Shown: positions 51,486 through 63,880 of the stretch, piece by piece
Numbering within the stretch: position 1 is the first letter of the stretch
Layout of the letters: each line of letters begins with the position of its first letter
DNA from: Octopus sinensis
Lineage: Eukaryota
Reading direction: 5' to 3'
Length of the DNA: 64,000 nt
Assembly (NCBI RefSeq): GCF_006345805.1
Contig: NC_043004.1
Coordinates: 31,248,001 to 31,312,000, forward strand
Notes under the pieces: model-generated
The model's database searches: none
Told to the model about the DNA's origin: nothing
Seen by the model: the letters and a program-made list of their open reading frames with translations, nothing else
Position numbers and translations under genes: made by a program

Positions 51486-52186
51486 GGATCATTGTCACAG
51501 AATACCAAAACAAGGACACATCTACATACACACACACATACACACACACACACACTAACACACATACTAACACACATACTAACACACATACTAACACACA
51601 TACACACACATGTACACACACTCACTTATAAAACACAGTTTCTGTCTAACAGATTACTCACAAGGCTTTGGTCAGTCCAGTGGGATTGAACCTGAAACCA
51701 TGTGGTTGGAAAGCAAGATTCTTTAACCACTCAGCCAAAGATAATTACTTGTAACAGAAAAATCATTTCAGTCCTGACTAAGGGATTTATTTATTTATTA
51801 TTTTTCTTTTTACCGAAACTGTGATCAAGTGATTGGTGACTGAGATTTCAAAGTCTGATTGAATTTTCAAGTGAACCATATATTTATAATAAGAAAACCA
51901 TTATTGATCTGGAAGCATATTTGCTGCGTATTTCTCACACGCCATTATTGGCAACACAATACAAACAGCAGACATTGTTATGACTCTACAAGGGCTAAAT
52001 AGTAAAACAAATTATATCATGAGTTAATAAACACAAACATGTGCATATGTACAGATGGTGGGGAAAGACTGGCAACTACAAATGGCATACATATGTATAC
52101 ATATGTCCATGTATACAGAGACATGTATGTACAGACATATATTTGATCATTACACACCATATGGATAGGTTAAGTTTGTATATATA

Positions 52187-52653
52187 CAGTAATCCCTTAC
52201 TATATCATGGTTCACCTATCGCAGTTCACCTATCATGGTTCACCTATCGCAGTTCACCTATCACGGTTCACTTATTGCAGTTCACCTATCACGGTTCACT
52301 TATTGCAGTTTACCTATCATGGTTCACCTATCGCAATTCACCTATCACGGTTCACTTATTGCAGTTCACCTATCATGGTTCACTTATTGCAGTTCACCTA
52401 TCACAGTTCACTTATTGCAGTTCACCTATCACGGTTCACTTATTGCAGTTCACCTATCACAGTTCACCTGTCACAGTTTATTATTTAAGCATATGTCAAT
52501 TCCTTCATGGTATTGTTTTGCATTTACAATAAAATATATATATACAAATTATGAAAATAATTTTTAAAAATATACAGTACAGCGCTGTTTCTACTTTTCA
52601 CCTATTGGAAGGGGTTTTGGAATGTAACACCTGCGATAGTTGAGGAATTACGG
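52187..52653. mobile_element. TA-flanked Tc1/mariner-superfamily MITE with an internal 14-bp minisatellite
   Basis: TA|cagtaatccctt ... gaggaattacgg|TA; ~20 units cacctatcacggtt / cacttattgcagtt at ~52205-52480. Confidence 0.8.
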
Positions 52654-52931
52654 TATATATACACACACACAAATACATACGTACTCACACAAACATGTGT
52701 GTGCATGTGTGTGTGTGTAAATGTATGTGGCCTACTGGTTAAAGTGTTGCGCTCATGATCACAAGATCATGGTTTCAATTCCTACACTGAGCAGTGCATT
52801 AGTGTCCCTGAGTAAACCACTTCATTTCATGTTGTTCTGCGATCACTTCAAGATCTGATGTATGGCACACTATACAACAGTATAAGTTCTCATTATTTAT
52901 GATGAGTCTACCATATATATAAGTGTATATA

Positions 52932-53009
<78 letters not shown>

Positions 53010-53137
53010 AAATTTAGAGGACTGACCACTAGAAGTGGACAGCCTATATGCTAAACATAGATGTCAAATCGCCATTACCACGAAGAATGTGTTCTCAAGA
53101 CAAATCTCAGCAAAAACCCAAAATGTATATATATATA

Positions 53138-53172
<35 letters not shown>

Positions 53173-53206
53173 TCATCATCATGTGTATATATATATATAT
53201 ATATAT

Positions 53207-53296
<90 letters not shown>

Positions 53297-53394
53297 AATT
53301 TATATAAATAAGGATAAGGTCGTTATTTAAATATCAATCTTATCAAGTGGCCAGCATGGGAATAAAAAGCTTCAAAGGTAATAATTATTATTAA

Positions 53395-53502
53395 AATTAT
53401 AATTTAGGGTATCTAAGAGATACCACCATGCTGGAAATAGCAGCCAAGTTTGGTTGCTATTTCCAGTGTGGTGGTATCTCTTAGATACCCTAAATTATAA
53501 TT
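53395..53502. repeat. Inverted repeat, 53-bp arms, 2-nt loop
   Basis: 53395-53447 vs 53450-53502; three mismatches, all G:U in + strand RNA. Confidence 0.96.
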
Positions 53503-53529
53503 ATATATATATATATATATATATACATA

Positions 53530-54191
53530 TGAGGGATAGTCAAAAATTATCTGCACTTCCACCATAACATAGCTTTATTATTGTTGCACTACTTTCTGTG
53601 TATATGTGCTTATAGTTGGTACTATTGTGGTCACAGGATCGAAGTTTGAGCCTGATCACACAATTTTTCTTTCTGGCTTTACAGTGTAAGCATTCCATTA
53701 GCAATGTGCACCAAAGAAGAACAAAGAGCAGTGATCCGACTTCTGTGGTTGCAAGGTGTGTCAAGTGCTGAAATTCTTCAGAAGCTTTTAGCACAATACA
53801 GGGACAGTGCACTACCACATAGAAGAGTGTATGAGTGGATTATGAAGTTTAAAAGTGGCTGGACAAGCGTGTTGCATGAAAAGGGAGCAGGGCACCCATC
53901 AATCTCCACCACAGATGAGAAGATTCAGCAAGCTTGAGAGATGGTAATGGTGAACTGGTTCACCATTATCATCTCTCAGATCACTGCTCTTTGTTCTTCT
54001 TTGGTGCACATTGCTAGTGGAGTGGCCATGCTTATACTGTAAAGCCAGAAAGAAAAATGGTGTGATCAAGCTCAAACTTTCATCATGTGACCACAATTGT
54101 ACCAACTATAAGCACACATGTACAGAAAGCAGTATGACAATAATAAAGGTATGTTATGGCGAAAGTGTGGGTAATTTTTGACTTCCCCTCA
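53530..54191. mobile_element. Mariner derivative with two 5' ends (long inverted arms ~205 bp)
   Basis: Left TIR, 5'UTR and MCTKEEQRAVIR start are repeated inverted at ~53978-54191; ORF 53704-53937 encodes the HTH; 21-bp junction hairpin 53935-53978. Confidence 0.92.
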
Positions 54192-54199
54192 CACAAGGA

Positions 54200-54544
54200 G
54201 AGGACCCTCTTCAGACATGAATGACCACAGGATTGCACCTAGAAAGTTACCCTCTGAGGCACAAGTCCAGGCAAGGTTGTTTATGGAAAATCAGCAATTA
54301 CCCCCGCAGACCAGCCTTTCCTCTCCACACCACCGATGTTATCCAAAGGAAAGGCAAAGGCTGACACAGCTTGGCACCAGCAGTGTCACATCTCATTTCT
54401 ACCGCTGAGTGAACTGGAGCAACATGAAATAAAATGTCTTGCTCAAAAATCCAATACTCAGCCTGGTCCAGGAATTGAACTCACTACCTCATGATTGTGA
54501 GCCACTGAACCATGTGACTCTAACCACTGAGCCATGTGCCTTCA
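54200..54544 (-). mobile_element. SINE family C
   Basis: Reverse complement of 54608-54950. Confidence 0.88.
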
Positions 54545-54563
54545 CCACACACACACACACACA

Positions 54564-54607
<44 letters not shown>

Positions 54608-54950
54608 GAAGGCGCATGGCTCAGTGGTTAGAGCGTCGAGCTTATGATCGTGAGGTTGTGAGCTCGAATCCCGGACCGGGCTGCATGTTGTGTTCTTGAG
54701 CAAGACACTTTATTTCACGTTGCTCCAGTTCACTCAGCTGTAAAAATGAGTTGCGACGTCACAGGTGCCAAGCTGTATCGACCTTTGTCTTTCCCTTGGA
54801 TAACACTGGTGGCGTGGAGAGGGGAGGCTGGTATGCATGGGCGACTGCTGGTCTTCCATAAACAACCTTGCCCAAACTTGTGCCTCAGAGGGTAACTCTC
54901 TAGGTGCAAACCCATGGTCACTCATGACCGAAGGGGGTCTTTACCCCTTT
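54608..54950 (+). mobile_element. SINE family C, near consensus
   Basis: gaaggcgcatggctcagtggttagagcg..gagctcgaatccc tRNA-like head; tttacccc tail. Confidence 0.92.
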
Positions 54951-55152
54951 ATATATATAATCCTCTCTATGGGGTGATTGGTTTTAAGAAGTGCATCCAA
55001 CTGTAAAAATCATGCCAAAACAGACACAGTAGCCTTGTACAGTCTTCTACCTGGTCAGCTCCTCTCAAACCATCCAACCCAAATAAACACACACATTATA
55101 TATTTGTTCTTCACTTGTTTATTGTTGTTTTTTTAATCTTATGCTCATTGTC

Positions 55153-55192
55153 TGGAAGTCTTTTGTCACACATCTGTGATTTCTTCAGCAAC
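55153..55192 (-). ncRNA. Degenerate hammerhead-like motif
   Basis: CTGAAGA-A-ATCAC-agatgt-GTGAC-AAAA (GAAA after inferred CpG decay); stems I and III poorly formed. Confidence 0.35.
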
Positions 55193-56692
55193 TGTTCCAT
55201 CCACATGTATCCTCCTGTTCTGTTTAGTACATTCTGTGCTTCTATGATATGTATCTTTATCTGTGCATGTGTGTGTGTGAATGTGTGTGTGTGTGTGTGT
55301 GTGTGCATACATATGTCTATGTGTTTTATATATGTGTTTGTGAGTGTATATGGGTTTACTTACTATATTGTTTGCCCTTCATATAGTCTTTTTTTCATTT
55401 GTTTACTTGTCTATCTTCCCATTTGTTTACTTATTTCATCATAAGCATATGCATGTTTTTTTTTTGTGTATGTATTATACTGTTTGTATTTGTGTCTTTT
55501 TTTTCTCCCTGCTCTCTTTAGTTGTTGTTTTGTTTGGTGTGGTGGCAGTGATGGTGGAGTGTTATTGTTCCATTCATGTTTTCTGTTGAGGCTCAGTCTG
55601 TCTATTACTATGTGTGTGACCTTTGTAATCTAAGTGTCATGTCTGTTGTATGTGTTGATAATACCTTAGCCTCTATGTTATTAACTAAATCTCTATGTTC
55701 TACTTGAGCATGTTGGTAGAGCACTGACAAACTTTTCTCCTCTTTGAGCTCCTGCCAATGTTTGCCTATTCACTCCCCTATGCTAGATGCCATCTCCCCA
55801 GTGCAAGTTGTTGTCTTGTTTCTGTACCGTCCCTCAGTACACCGTAAGTTATAGACTACATTCTTAGTCTATAGCTTACTTTAGAAATTTCCCATACTGA
55901 AAAATCCATACCACCTCACATCACTCTTACTTCATGAATTCATAGTCTTCTCCAAGACCTCTAAACAAGTTGTACTGTTTGTAATGCCCTTGATCTGGTT
56001 GTTAGGATTGACCCTTTTCCAGACATGCAACTCCAACCCATTACATTGCCAACATCCTGTTTAACCTTCTTGTTACAATATTTCTGTTGAAATATACTGT
56101 CTTTCTTCCAATTACTTTTGAAAATAATTATTTAGTCAAATAATGTTGTCATTATTGAACAGCTATTTGAAACCTAAATTAGCATGAAATTTGGATGGGA
56201 GGTTTTAATCGCATCACTTCAATCAAGAACTTTATGTCATAAAACCAAGGAAATTTTTAGGTCAGTTGGTATCAAAATGGTTAAACTCAGATTAATGAAC
56301 CCTGGGTGAAATTCTTCTCCTGTATGACATTGGACATGCACAAACAAATTCTAACTCCTCTACAAACATGATTTCTGACCAGACATATGACATCCAGTTC
56401 ACATGCTCCGCATGAAATTAAGTGCAGGTATGTCAGTTTCTCAGAGAAATATACATTATTTTACATGTGTGCTATGGTGTCCTAAAACATGACTTAAAAG
56501 ACTACTTCAGGCAATATTATTAAGTCAGAAATAGCTTAGGCCTAAGTTGTCAAATAGATATTGTTTGTGGTGTTACCAACAACCTGCATCATGTACTATT
56601 TCTGTCAAACATCAGTCAAAAAGTTAATAGTGGTCATTTTCCTGCTCTTATTTATGAATGGAGTTTTTTTATGGCTACTCTGACTGAAGGAG

Positions 56693-56960
56693 GTCAAATA
56701 ACCACCAGTTTCACTAAAGATATCTACAACATTGTCAAGGTATATACACAATGTCCATCTTAAAAAGAGTTATTAGTATACTAACCAAGGATAGTCAAAT
56801 AACCAGCAGTTTCACTAAAGATATCTACAACATTGTCAAGGTATATACACAATGTCCATCTTAAAAAGAGTTATTAGTATACTAACCAAGGATAGTCAAA
56901 TAACCACCAGTTTCATTGAAGATGTCTGCAACATGGTCAGTGGTATATACTGAGAGTCCA
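56693..56960 (+). repeat. 101-bp tandem repeat (two near-identical units plus a diverged partial)
   Basis: gtcaaataacca starts at 56693, 56794 and 56895. Confidence 0.95.
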
Positions 56961-57430
56961 ACTTCTAGTAGCTATGACTTGAAAAGTTAATTCTAACTTA
57001 TACAGCTAGATAATCCATGGTTATATCCCTAATGAAAAACTTTCTTGTTTACGCAACACATCAGATCTTCAGCAGATATAATGAACTAACTATTACAATA
57101 GGTCTTACTCAAAGTAAAATACTGAATTTTAAAATTAAAATACCTTTTTCTAAAATGTTCTTATATTAAATGACATTCATTTGTGTAGCTTTCTTAATAC
57201 TATCAGTAATAGAATTGCTGTAATTAACATTTTTGTTTCAACCATGTCATTTTAAACAGCAAAATGCTACCTTGTAATGATATGTAGTTTGCGTAGTAAT
57301 TAAGCATACAGAAATAATAAAACAGCAGTTTAGTCTCCATTTTAATATCTAAGTAATGCTGCAGTGCATATGCATATTTATATTCAAGCATATATGTGTG
57401 TCACACAACTAAGAGTTTCCCATACATGCA

Positions 57431-57557
57431 TACGTTCATCAGGCGTCAAGTGCATTATACTCCCAAAACTTTAGTTTAAACAGAGGAACAGTTTAAAATT
57501 GGCACTATTTAAACTAAAGTTTTGGGAGTATAGTGCAAATGACGCCTGATGAACATA
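57431..57557. mobile_element. Small palindromic MITE-like element, 50-bp arms, 27-nt spacer, TA at both ends
   Basis: tacgttcatcaggcgtca..ctcccaaaactttagtttaaa / tttaaactaaagttttgggag..tgacgcctgatgaacata. Confidence 0.8.
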
Positions 57558-57745
57558 CACAGGTACAGGAAACTATTAGCTGTGCGAGAAGTACATGTAG
57601 TTGAAATGTTTAGTAATATTGAACTCTCATTGGATGGAGTACTCTTCATATTGATTTTTACACTGTTAATTCCTCATATATATAAAGGTAATATTTATCT
57701 CCCACTTAATGTGTGTATGGTATTAAAATGCAGTTTACTGCGTTA

Positions 57746-58152
57746 TTTACCTATTCCTTTACTACCCACAAGGGGCTAAACACAGAGGACAAACAGACAG
57801 ATTAAGTCGATTATATTGACCCCAGTGCGTAACTGGTACTTAAGTTATCGACCCCAAAAGGATGAAAGGCAAAGTCGACCTCAGCGGAATTTGAACTCAG
57901 AACGTAACGGCAGATGAAACACCTATTTCTTTACTACCCACAAGGGGTTAAACACATAGAGGACAAACAAGGACAGACAGACGGATTAAGTCGATTATAT
58001 CGACCCCAGTGCGTAACTGGTACTTAATTTATCGACCCCGAATGGATGAAAGGCAAAGTCGACCTTGGCAGAATTTGAACTCAGAACGTAACGGCAGACG
58101 AAATACCACTAAGCATTTTGCCTGACGCGCTAACGTGTCTGCCAGCTCGCCG
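57746..58152 (-). mobile_element. SINE family A, internally duplicated (dimer)
   Basis: Same duplication junction (gtagtaaagaaRtaggtRtttcRtctg) as 5428-5765. Confidence 0.9.
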
Positions 58153-58194
58153 CTGCATTACCTACCATGAGAGGACCTCTCAATTACTGGTTAG

Positions 58195-58497
58195 GGTAAT
58201 TGACTGACAATTGTAAGGTCATAAGTTTAGTTCCTAGCAGCACATTGTGACCTTGAGCAAGACTCTTTATTTCACATTGCGCCAGCCCACTCAGCTGGCA
58301 AAAATGAGTAATACCTGTATTTCAGAGGGACAGCCTTGGCACAGTATGCATCACGCTGAACCTGCCTGAGAACTACATTAAGAGTACACGTGTCTGTGGA
58401 GTGCTCAGCCACTTGCATATTAATTTCATGAGCAGACTTTTCCGTTGATTGGATCAACTGGAATCCTCATCCTCGGAACCAACAGAGTGCCAGTTAT
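58195..58497 (+). mobile_element. SINE family C head with tail type 1
   Basis: gtgaccttgagcaagac central domain plus gagaactacattaagagtacacgtgtctgtggagtgctcagcc tail. Confidence 0.8.
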
Positions 58498-58522
58498 GTG
58501 TGTGCGTGTGTGTGTATGTGTG

Positions 58523-58557
<35 letters not shown>

Positions 58558-58623
58558 GTACTCACAAACATACATGCATACATACGTACGTACATACATA
58601 CATACATAACATACATACATACA

Positions 58624-58657
<34 letters not shown>

Positions 58658-58746
58658 GGGGTGCTGGCATATATATATTATACCACCATGGTGAGAAAAC
58701 GAAAATCTAAATAAAGATGGTAAGAATCATGAGACACACACACACT

Positions 58747-58791
<45 letters not shown>

Positions 58792-59076
58792 TAATTTAAA
58801 GGATTCTAAAAACGTATTTCATAAAAATTGATCAGACTTTAATCTAATCACATAAATAAAGGAAAAGAAGATAAAATGAAGATGAGAAAGAAAAAGGAAA
58901 GACAAACTAACTGAAAGACATTGAAAAAAAATTGTATAAGATGTATCTACCATTAAAAAAAGAAAACTATAGATTTTTCAACAGTTCATATTGTTTTTAG
59001 CAGGTTGATACCTCAGTAATATTTCATCAATAACTGTTGTAACAACGAGAGATAAATCAAAGGCAACAAAGAAGAC

Positions 59077-59127
<51 letters not shown>

Positions 59128-59279
59128 GGAGGACTATGCGCTTTGAAGTTAGTCAAGAAACGAAGAGTCAGTGATAAACAGGTAGAAATATCATGTTTAG
59201 ACATATCTGCACATCTTTGGTGAGACAGGAAGACCTTTGTTTCTTACCAACACCAATAATTCAACTGTTTGTTCAAGGT

Positions 59280-59311
<32 letters not shown>

Positions 59312-59623
59312 ACGCACACAATTACATACACATGTATACATACGCACATACACAATCACATGCTTATATGAGCACAGAGAAATATAAGCCTGTGCATGTG
59401 TGCATGTGTGTGTGTGTGTGTTGTGCTTGTATGTATGTGTGTCAATGTATAACAGATCTCATGTATACACAAACATAAACATAGGTGTACACACAGAAAC
59501 ACACACCTACACATACATTCACTCACAATGTAAATAAATTTGAAGGTGAGTAGATGAAAACATTCACCAATGTGCATATACATTTATAGATATGTGTGTA
59601 TATATATTTATATATTATATATA

Positions 59624-59703
<80 letters not shown>

Positions 59704-60739
59704 GATAGATAGATGATAGATAGATAGATAGATAGAAGATAGATAGATCTTTATATATATGCATATATTTGTAAATATGTATATGTATGTATAAGTATAT
59801 ATGTATGCATGATGAGCAAGATTATTTGGGTATGTAGTCTGTAGAAAACATGTGCTTAAGTTTCTGCTTTTGGTCACACTAAACTCTCAATGATATACAT
59901 ATATATCAACCTCATCGACATCATTTAATATCCAGCTTCCATGCTGCCATGAGTTGGATGGTTTGGTGGGGTGTGACGAGTTGGAGAACAACATCATACT
60001 TTGATGTCTTCTTCCAATGTCTTCTTCCAATGTCTTCTTTATTATGAGCTCTACTGCTTGATGTTCTTCCAAATACCAACCACTTTACAGTGTGAAGTCT
60101 ATGCATTTTTCATGACATCAGCACTGATGGAGATCGCCTTGTAACTAGCAAATGTAAGGACTTAAAGTAGTCCCTATAAACTGATGGAGAACGGAAGAGA
60201 GTGAGTGATGATCCTCAGCAGAGGGATGAGGGATGTTAGGTAAAAGGAGAGTATTGCAGGGAATAGGAGAGAGGGAAGGGATTAGCAACAGGGGTCACTG
60301 AGAAAATAGGATAGAGTTGAAAGGTGATAGATTTATATAAAGGAGTAGGTTCTAGGGTTATCCAACATTAGAAGGGACAAGTATGGATAGGTGTGAGGGA
60401 AACGAGACATGAAGAGAGCAGCAGAATGGAGTAAAAAGACTTGTTGAATAAAAGTGAAGTATAGGGTGTCATGGGGTAGGTCAAAGAAGAAGACAAAATG
60501 GGGTGTTGAGGAGGCAGAGAAACTGTGGAGGAGGGTGAGAAAGAGGATACAGAGGGAGAAGAGCAGGAAAGGGATGGTGGAGTGTGCTATAGAGGTAAAA
60601 AAAAAAGGTCAGTAGGTATAAACTCTATATACTGTACCAATGTAAACTAAGGACACACAAAAGGTGTAGTGGATTCATCAGCAGACTAACGAAGAAAGCA
60701 ATCAGGGAAAGTATATGCCAGATGCACTGGAGCAGTTTT

Positions 60740-61345
60740 TAGGATGAAGAAACTGGAAATAAACTCTGCTAAATACCCAGATGGCTCACAAGAAATAACC
60801 GGTAGTTTTTGCTGCCTCGGAGAAATAATTAGCAGGAGAGGTTGTTACTCCAAAAGCATAATGGCTAAGTTAAGAACAAGTTGGGAAAAGTTCAGTGAGT
60901 TTCTACTACTGTTAGCAGTGAAGGTATCGCTCCTCAGCATGAAGGCAGATTTTATGATGCTGGTGTTAGTGAAAATGGGACTTAAATACAGAGTACTTGA
61001 GAAGACTAGAAAGAAATGAAGCTGGTATGCTCTGCTGAATGTACAATGTAAGTGTGCATGAGCAATAAAGTACAATTGTGTTGAGAGAAAAACTGGATGC
61101 AAAAGTTATCAGATATAGTGTGCAAGAAAGAAGACTGCACTTGTATGGACATGTGATGCAAATAAATGAGAACAGCTGTATAAAGAAGCACCAGTTATCT
61201 AATATGGATGGAGCTTGCAAAAGAGGGAGATTTAGTAAGACATGAGATGAAGTGGTGAAAGCTGACATCAGAATCTTGATCTTCATGGAGGACATAACAA
61301 AGGTCTGGGATGACTGGCAATATGCAGTTCTTGGGAAGACCTGCC
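60740..61345 (+). mobile_element. Degraded RTE ORF2 3' fragment
   Basis: GSFCCLGEIISRRGCYSKSIMAKLRTSWEKF; gaagactgcacttgtatggacatgtg (RRLxxYGHV). Confidence 0.85.
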
Positions 61346-61708
61346 TCCACAGCAAAACTAAGTTGTGGAGATATTATCTGGCTGTGTGTGTGTGTGTGTG
61401 GTGTGTGTGTGTGTGTGTGTGTGTACATGCTTGCACAACTGGGACTTTTGACCAAATTCCTTCTCAAAACGCCCCCACTATCCTTAATCTCTCTCACTCC
61501 AGTTTTCCCTTAATAACACTAATCTTTCTCACTAGCTAGAACCATTTCACTTCATATCCATCCTTCATCTTTTATACTGTCCTCATCACCCAGATTTTAC
61601 ATTCCTACCCCATCACAAGCCACCAAATTATCTCAACTCCTCTACCACCATATGTTTCTTACTGTCCCCATGAAAACACATTTTTCAGTGATGATGGATT
61701 TCCCTTAC

Positions 61709-61753
61709 TTGCTACTGATGAAGCCCAAAGAGGAAGAAATGCATATGTAGCAA
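61709..61753 (+). ncRNA. Type I hammerhead motif, copy 1 (decayed)
   Basis: TTGCTA-CTGATGA-A-GCC-caaaga-GGA-A-GAAA-tgcata-TG-TAGCAA; perfect 6-bp stem I. Confidence 0.65.
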
Positions 61754-62015
61754 TGCCACCACTGCTGCTGGGTGATTTTCATCGATTACAAAGAGATTTT
61801 TGTGTTCTTCAATGCTGTACATCTTAGGGTGATTATCTCATGACAAATACCACTCTAAACTAGGCTTTCCATGATGTATCTGCATTAAGTACAATATAGA
61901 TATTTCTATTTTAAACTAATATATACTTCTGTAACAATTACAACATTAGTAAATTTTCAATCAATATTTTCCTATACCAGTGAAAATGGATTTGCAAGCA
62001 GCTGTCACTAGGTAC

Positions 62016-62060
62016 TTGCTACTGACAAAGCCCAAAGATGCAGAAATGCACATCTAGCAA
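62016..62060 (+). ncRNA. Type I hammerhead motif, copy 2 (decayed)
   Basis: TTGCTA-CTGACAA-A-GCC-caaaga-TGC-A-GAAA-tgcaca-TC-TAGCAA, 307 bp after copy 1. Confidence 0.65.
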
Positions 62061-63395
62061 TACCAGTACCACTGCTGGACCATTTTCTTTTGCTACTGAT
62101 ATATTCTTGCGTTATTTAACACAGTACATCTATAAGATATATCTCAGGATGATACTGCAGTTAATTAGGCTTTCCATTATGTATCTGCATTAAGTATGAT
62201 ACACGAATGTGTGTGTGTGTGTTTGTGTGAGAGAGAGAGTGTGTGTGTATGTTTGCATGTATGTGTGTGTATATAGATGGCAAACAGACAGACAGACAGA
62301 CAGGTAAGTAGATATATAGATAGATAGAGAGAGAGAGAGAGAGTGAGAGAGAGAGAGAGAGAGATGGGTTTCCTTCAGTTTCCATTAATCAAATCCAGTC
62401 ACAAGGCTTTCATCAGCACAGATCTGTAGTAGAAAACACTTGCCTAAAGTGCATCACAGTGGGACTGAAGTCATGACCACATGACTGAGCAGCTAGCTTC
62501 TTAACCGCCCAGCCAGGCGTATGATTAAAGCCACAGGCCCTTCATTTACTGAATCTTGCTGGAAGAAAGCCAAAGTTGGCACTGGTAGGATTTGAACTCA
62601 AAAAATAAGGTTTTACAAAATATGCAAAAATGTCTAATCCATTGCTCTACTGAATGGCAACCCATTTCTCTGACCTGTCTTAGCAAACTATAAGGAAATA
62701 GCAAAGATCTTTACCATTAAACCATATTACATAATATGAATTCATAAATAACATTCCAAGGATGGCAAATAATCACAAACATGCAGATGGCATTTAAATC
62801 AGGAATAACCTCCTGAGAATGTCTGTAAACAGGAATAAATGGAACCAAACTCATATCTCTTGTTTACCATCAGAGATAATTGTCAGTCATTAGACCAATT
62901 TTCCTATTAGGTATTCGCAATTTCTCAGTACCTGCACACACACACACACAAACATGCATAAACTCCAACAAATGTATATATTATATATACATGTAGCCAC
63001 ATAGATAAATACATGTATGTATGAATGTTACATATATTACATGTGAAAGATTACTAATGGAATGTTCCTGTCACAACCTTTGTAAAATGTAAGCACAACA
63101 GACCAGCATAATGTTACAGATAAAAGTGAGGACGATGACGATGATGATGACGAGAATGACGATGAAGACGACGATGACGATGATGGTGATGATGATGATG
63201 ATGACGACGATGATGATGACGGTGGTGGTGGTGGTGGTGGTGGTTTTTGGTGATGGTGGTGGTGGTGGTGGCAGCGGAAGCAATGAGGATGAAATGAGAA
63301 ACCAAAACATACTAAACCCAGATTAAAACTTTAGAGTTACAACTATGATTATTAAATATCATGATTATGTAACTCACTGCCTGAGCCTTAAAACT

Positions 63396-63545
63396 GAAGA
63401 AGAAGAAGAAGAAGAAGAAGAAGAAGAAGAAGAAGAAGAAGAAGAAGAAGAAGAAGAAGAAGAAGAAGAAGAAGAAGAAGAAGAAGAAGAGGAGGAGGAG
63501 GAGGAGGAAGAAGAAGAAGAAGAAGAAGAAGAAGAAGAAGAAGAA
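63396..63545. repeat. (GAA)n/(GAG)n microsatellite; a GAT/GAC/GGT array lies nearby at ~63130-63275
   Basis: Direct inspection. Confidence 0.97.
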
Positions 63546-63599
63546 TTGACACTGATATAGGGCTAGTGGACTGGTACTTTATGAAGTCTAAATGGATAA

Positions 63600-63880
63600 A
63601 AGGAACAGCCTTTGAACTCATAATGCGGACAGCTCTTCATCTTGACTGTTGTCTGAACATTTCAACTGGATTCAAAATTCTTTTCACACCACTATAAGCA
63701 CTGTGTTATGTCTTGAAATCCTATCAAAAGTTATCTGAGTCAGGGTTGTCAAGAGGGCCCACATTTCTGCTCCATAGAGGAGAATGGAGAGAACCAATGC
63801 ATTGTAGATGCAGTGCCTTATCTTCCAGGAGATAGAGCAGTGGTGCCAGAGGGGATTCCATAAGGAGTACATGACCCCAG
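63600..63880 (-). mobile_element. RTE-like LINE ORF2 fragment
   Basis: KIRHCIYNALVLSILLYGAEMW matches the K.R.Y...VLS.LLYG.E.W motif. Confidence 0.75.

Noticed and set aside
52205-52480. CRISPR-like periodic array
   Set aside because: Contiguous 14-bp units with no unique spacers, inside a eukaryotic MITE
63345-63560. Poly-Glu ORF
   Set aside because: (GAA)n microsatellite
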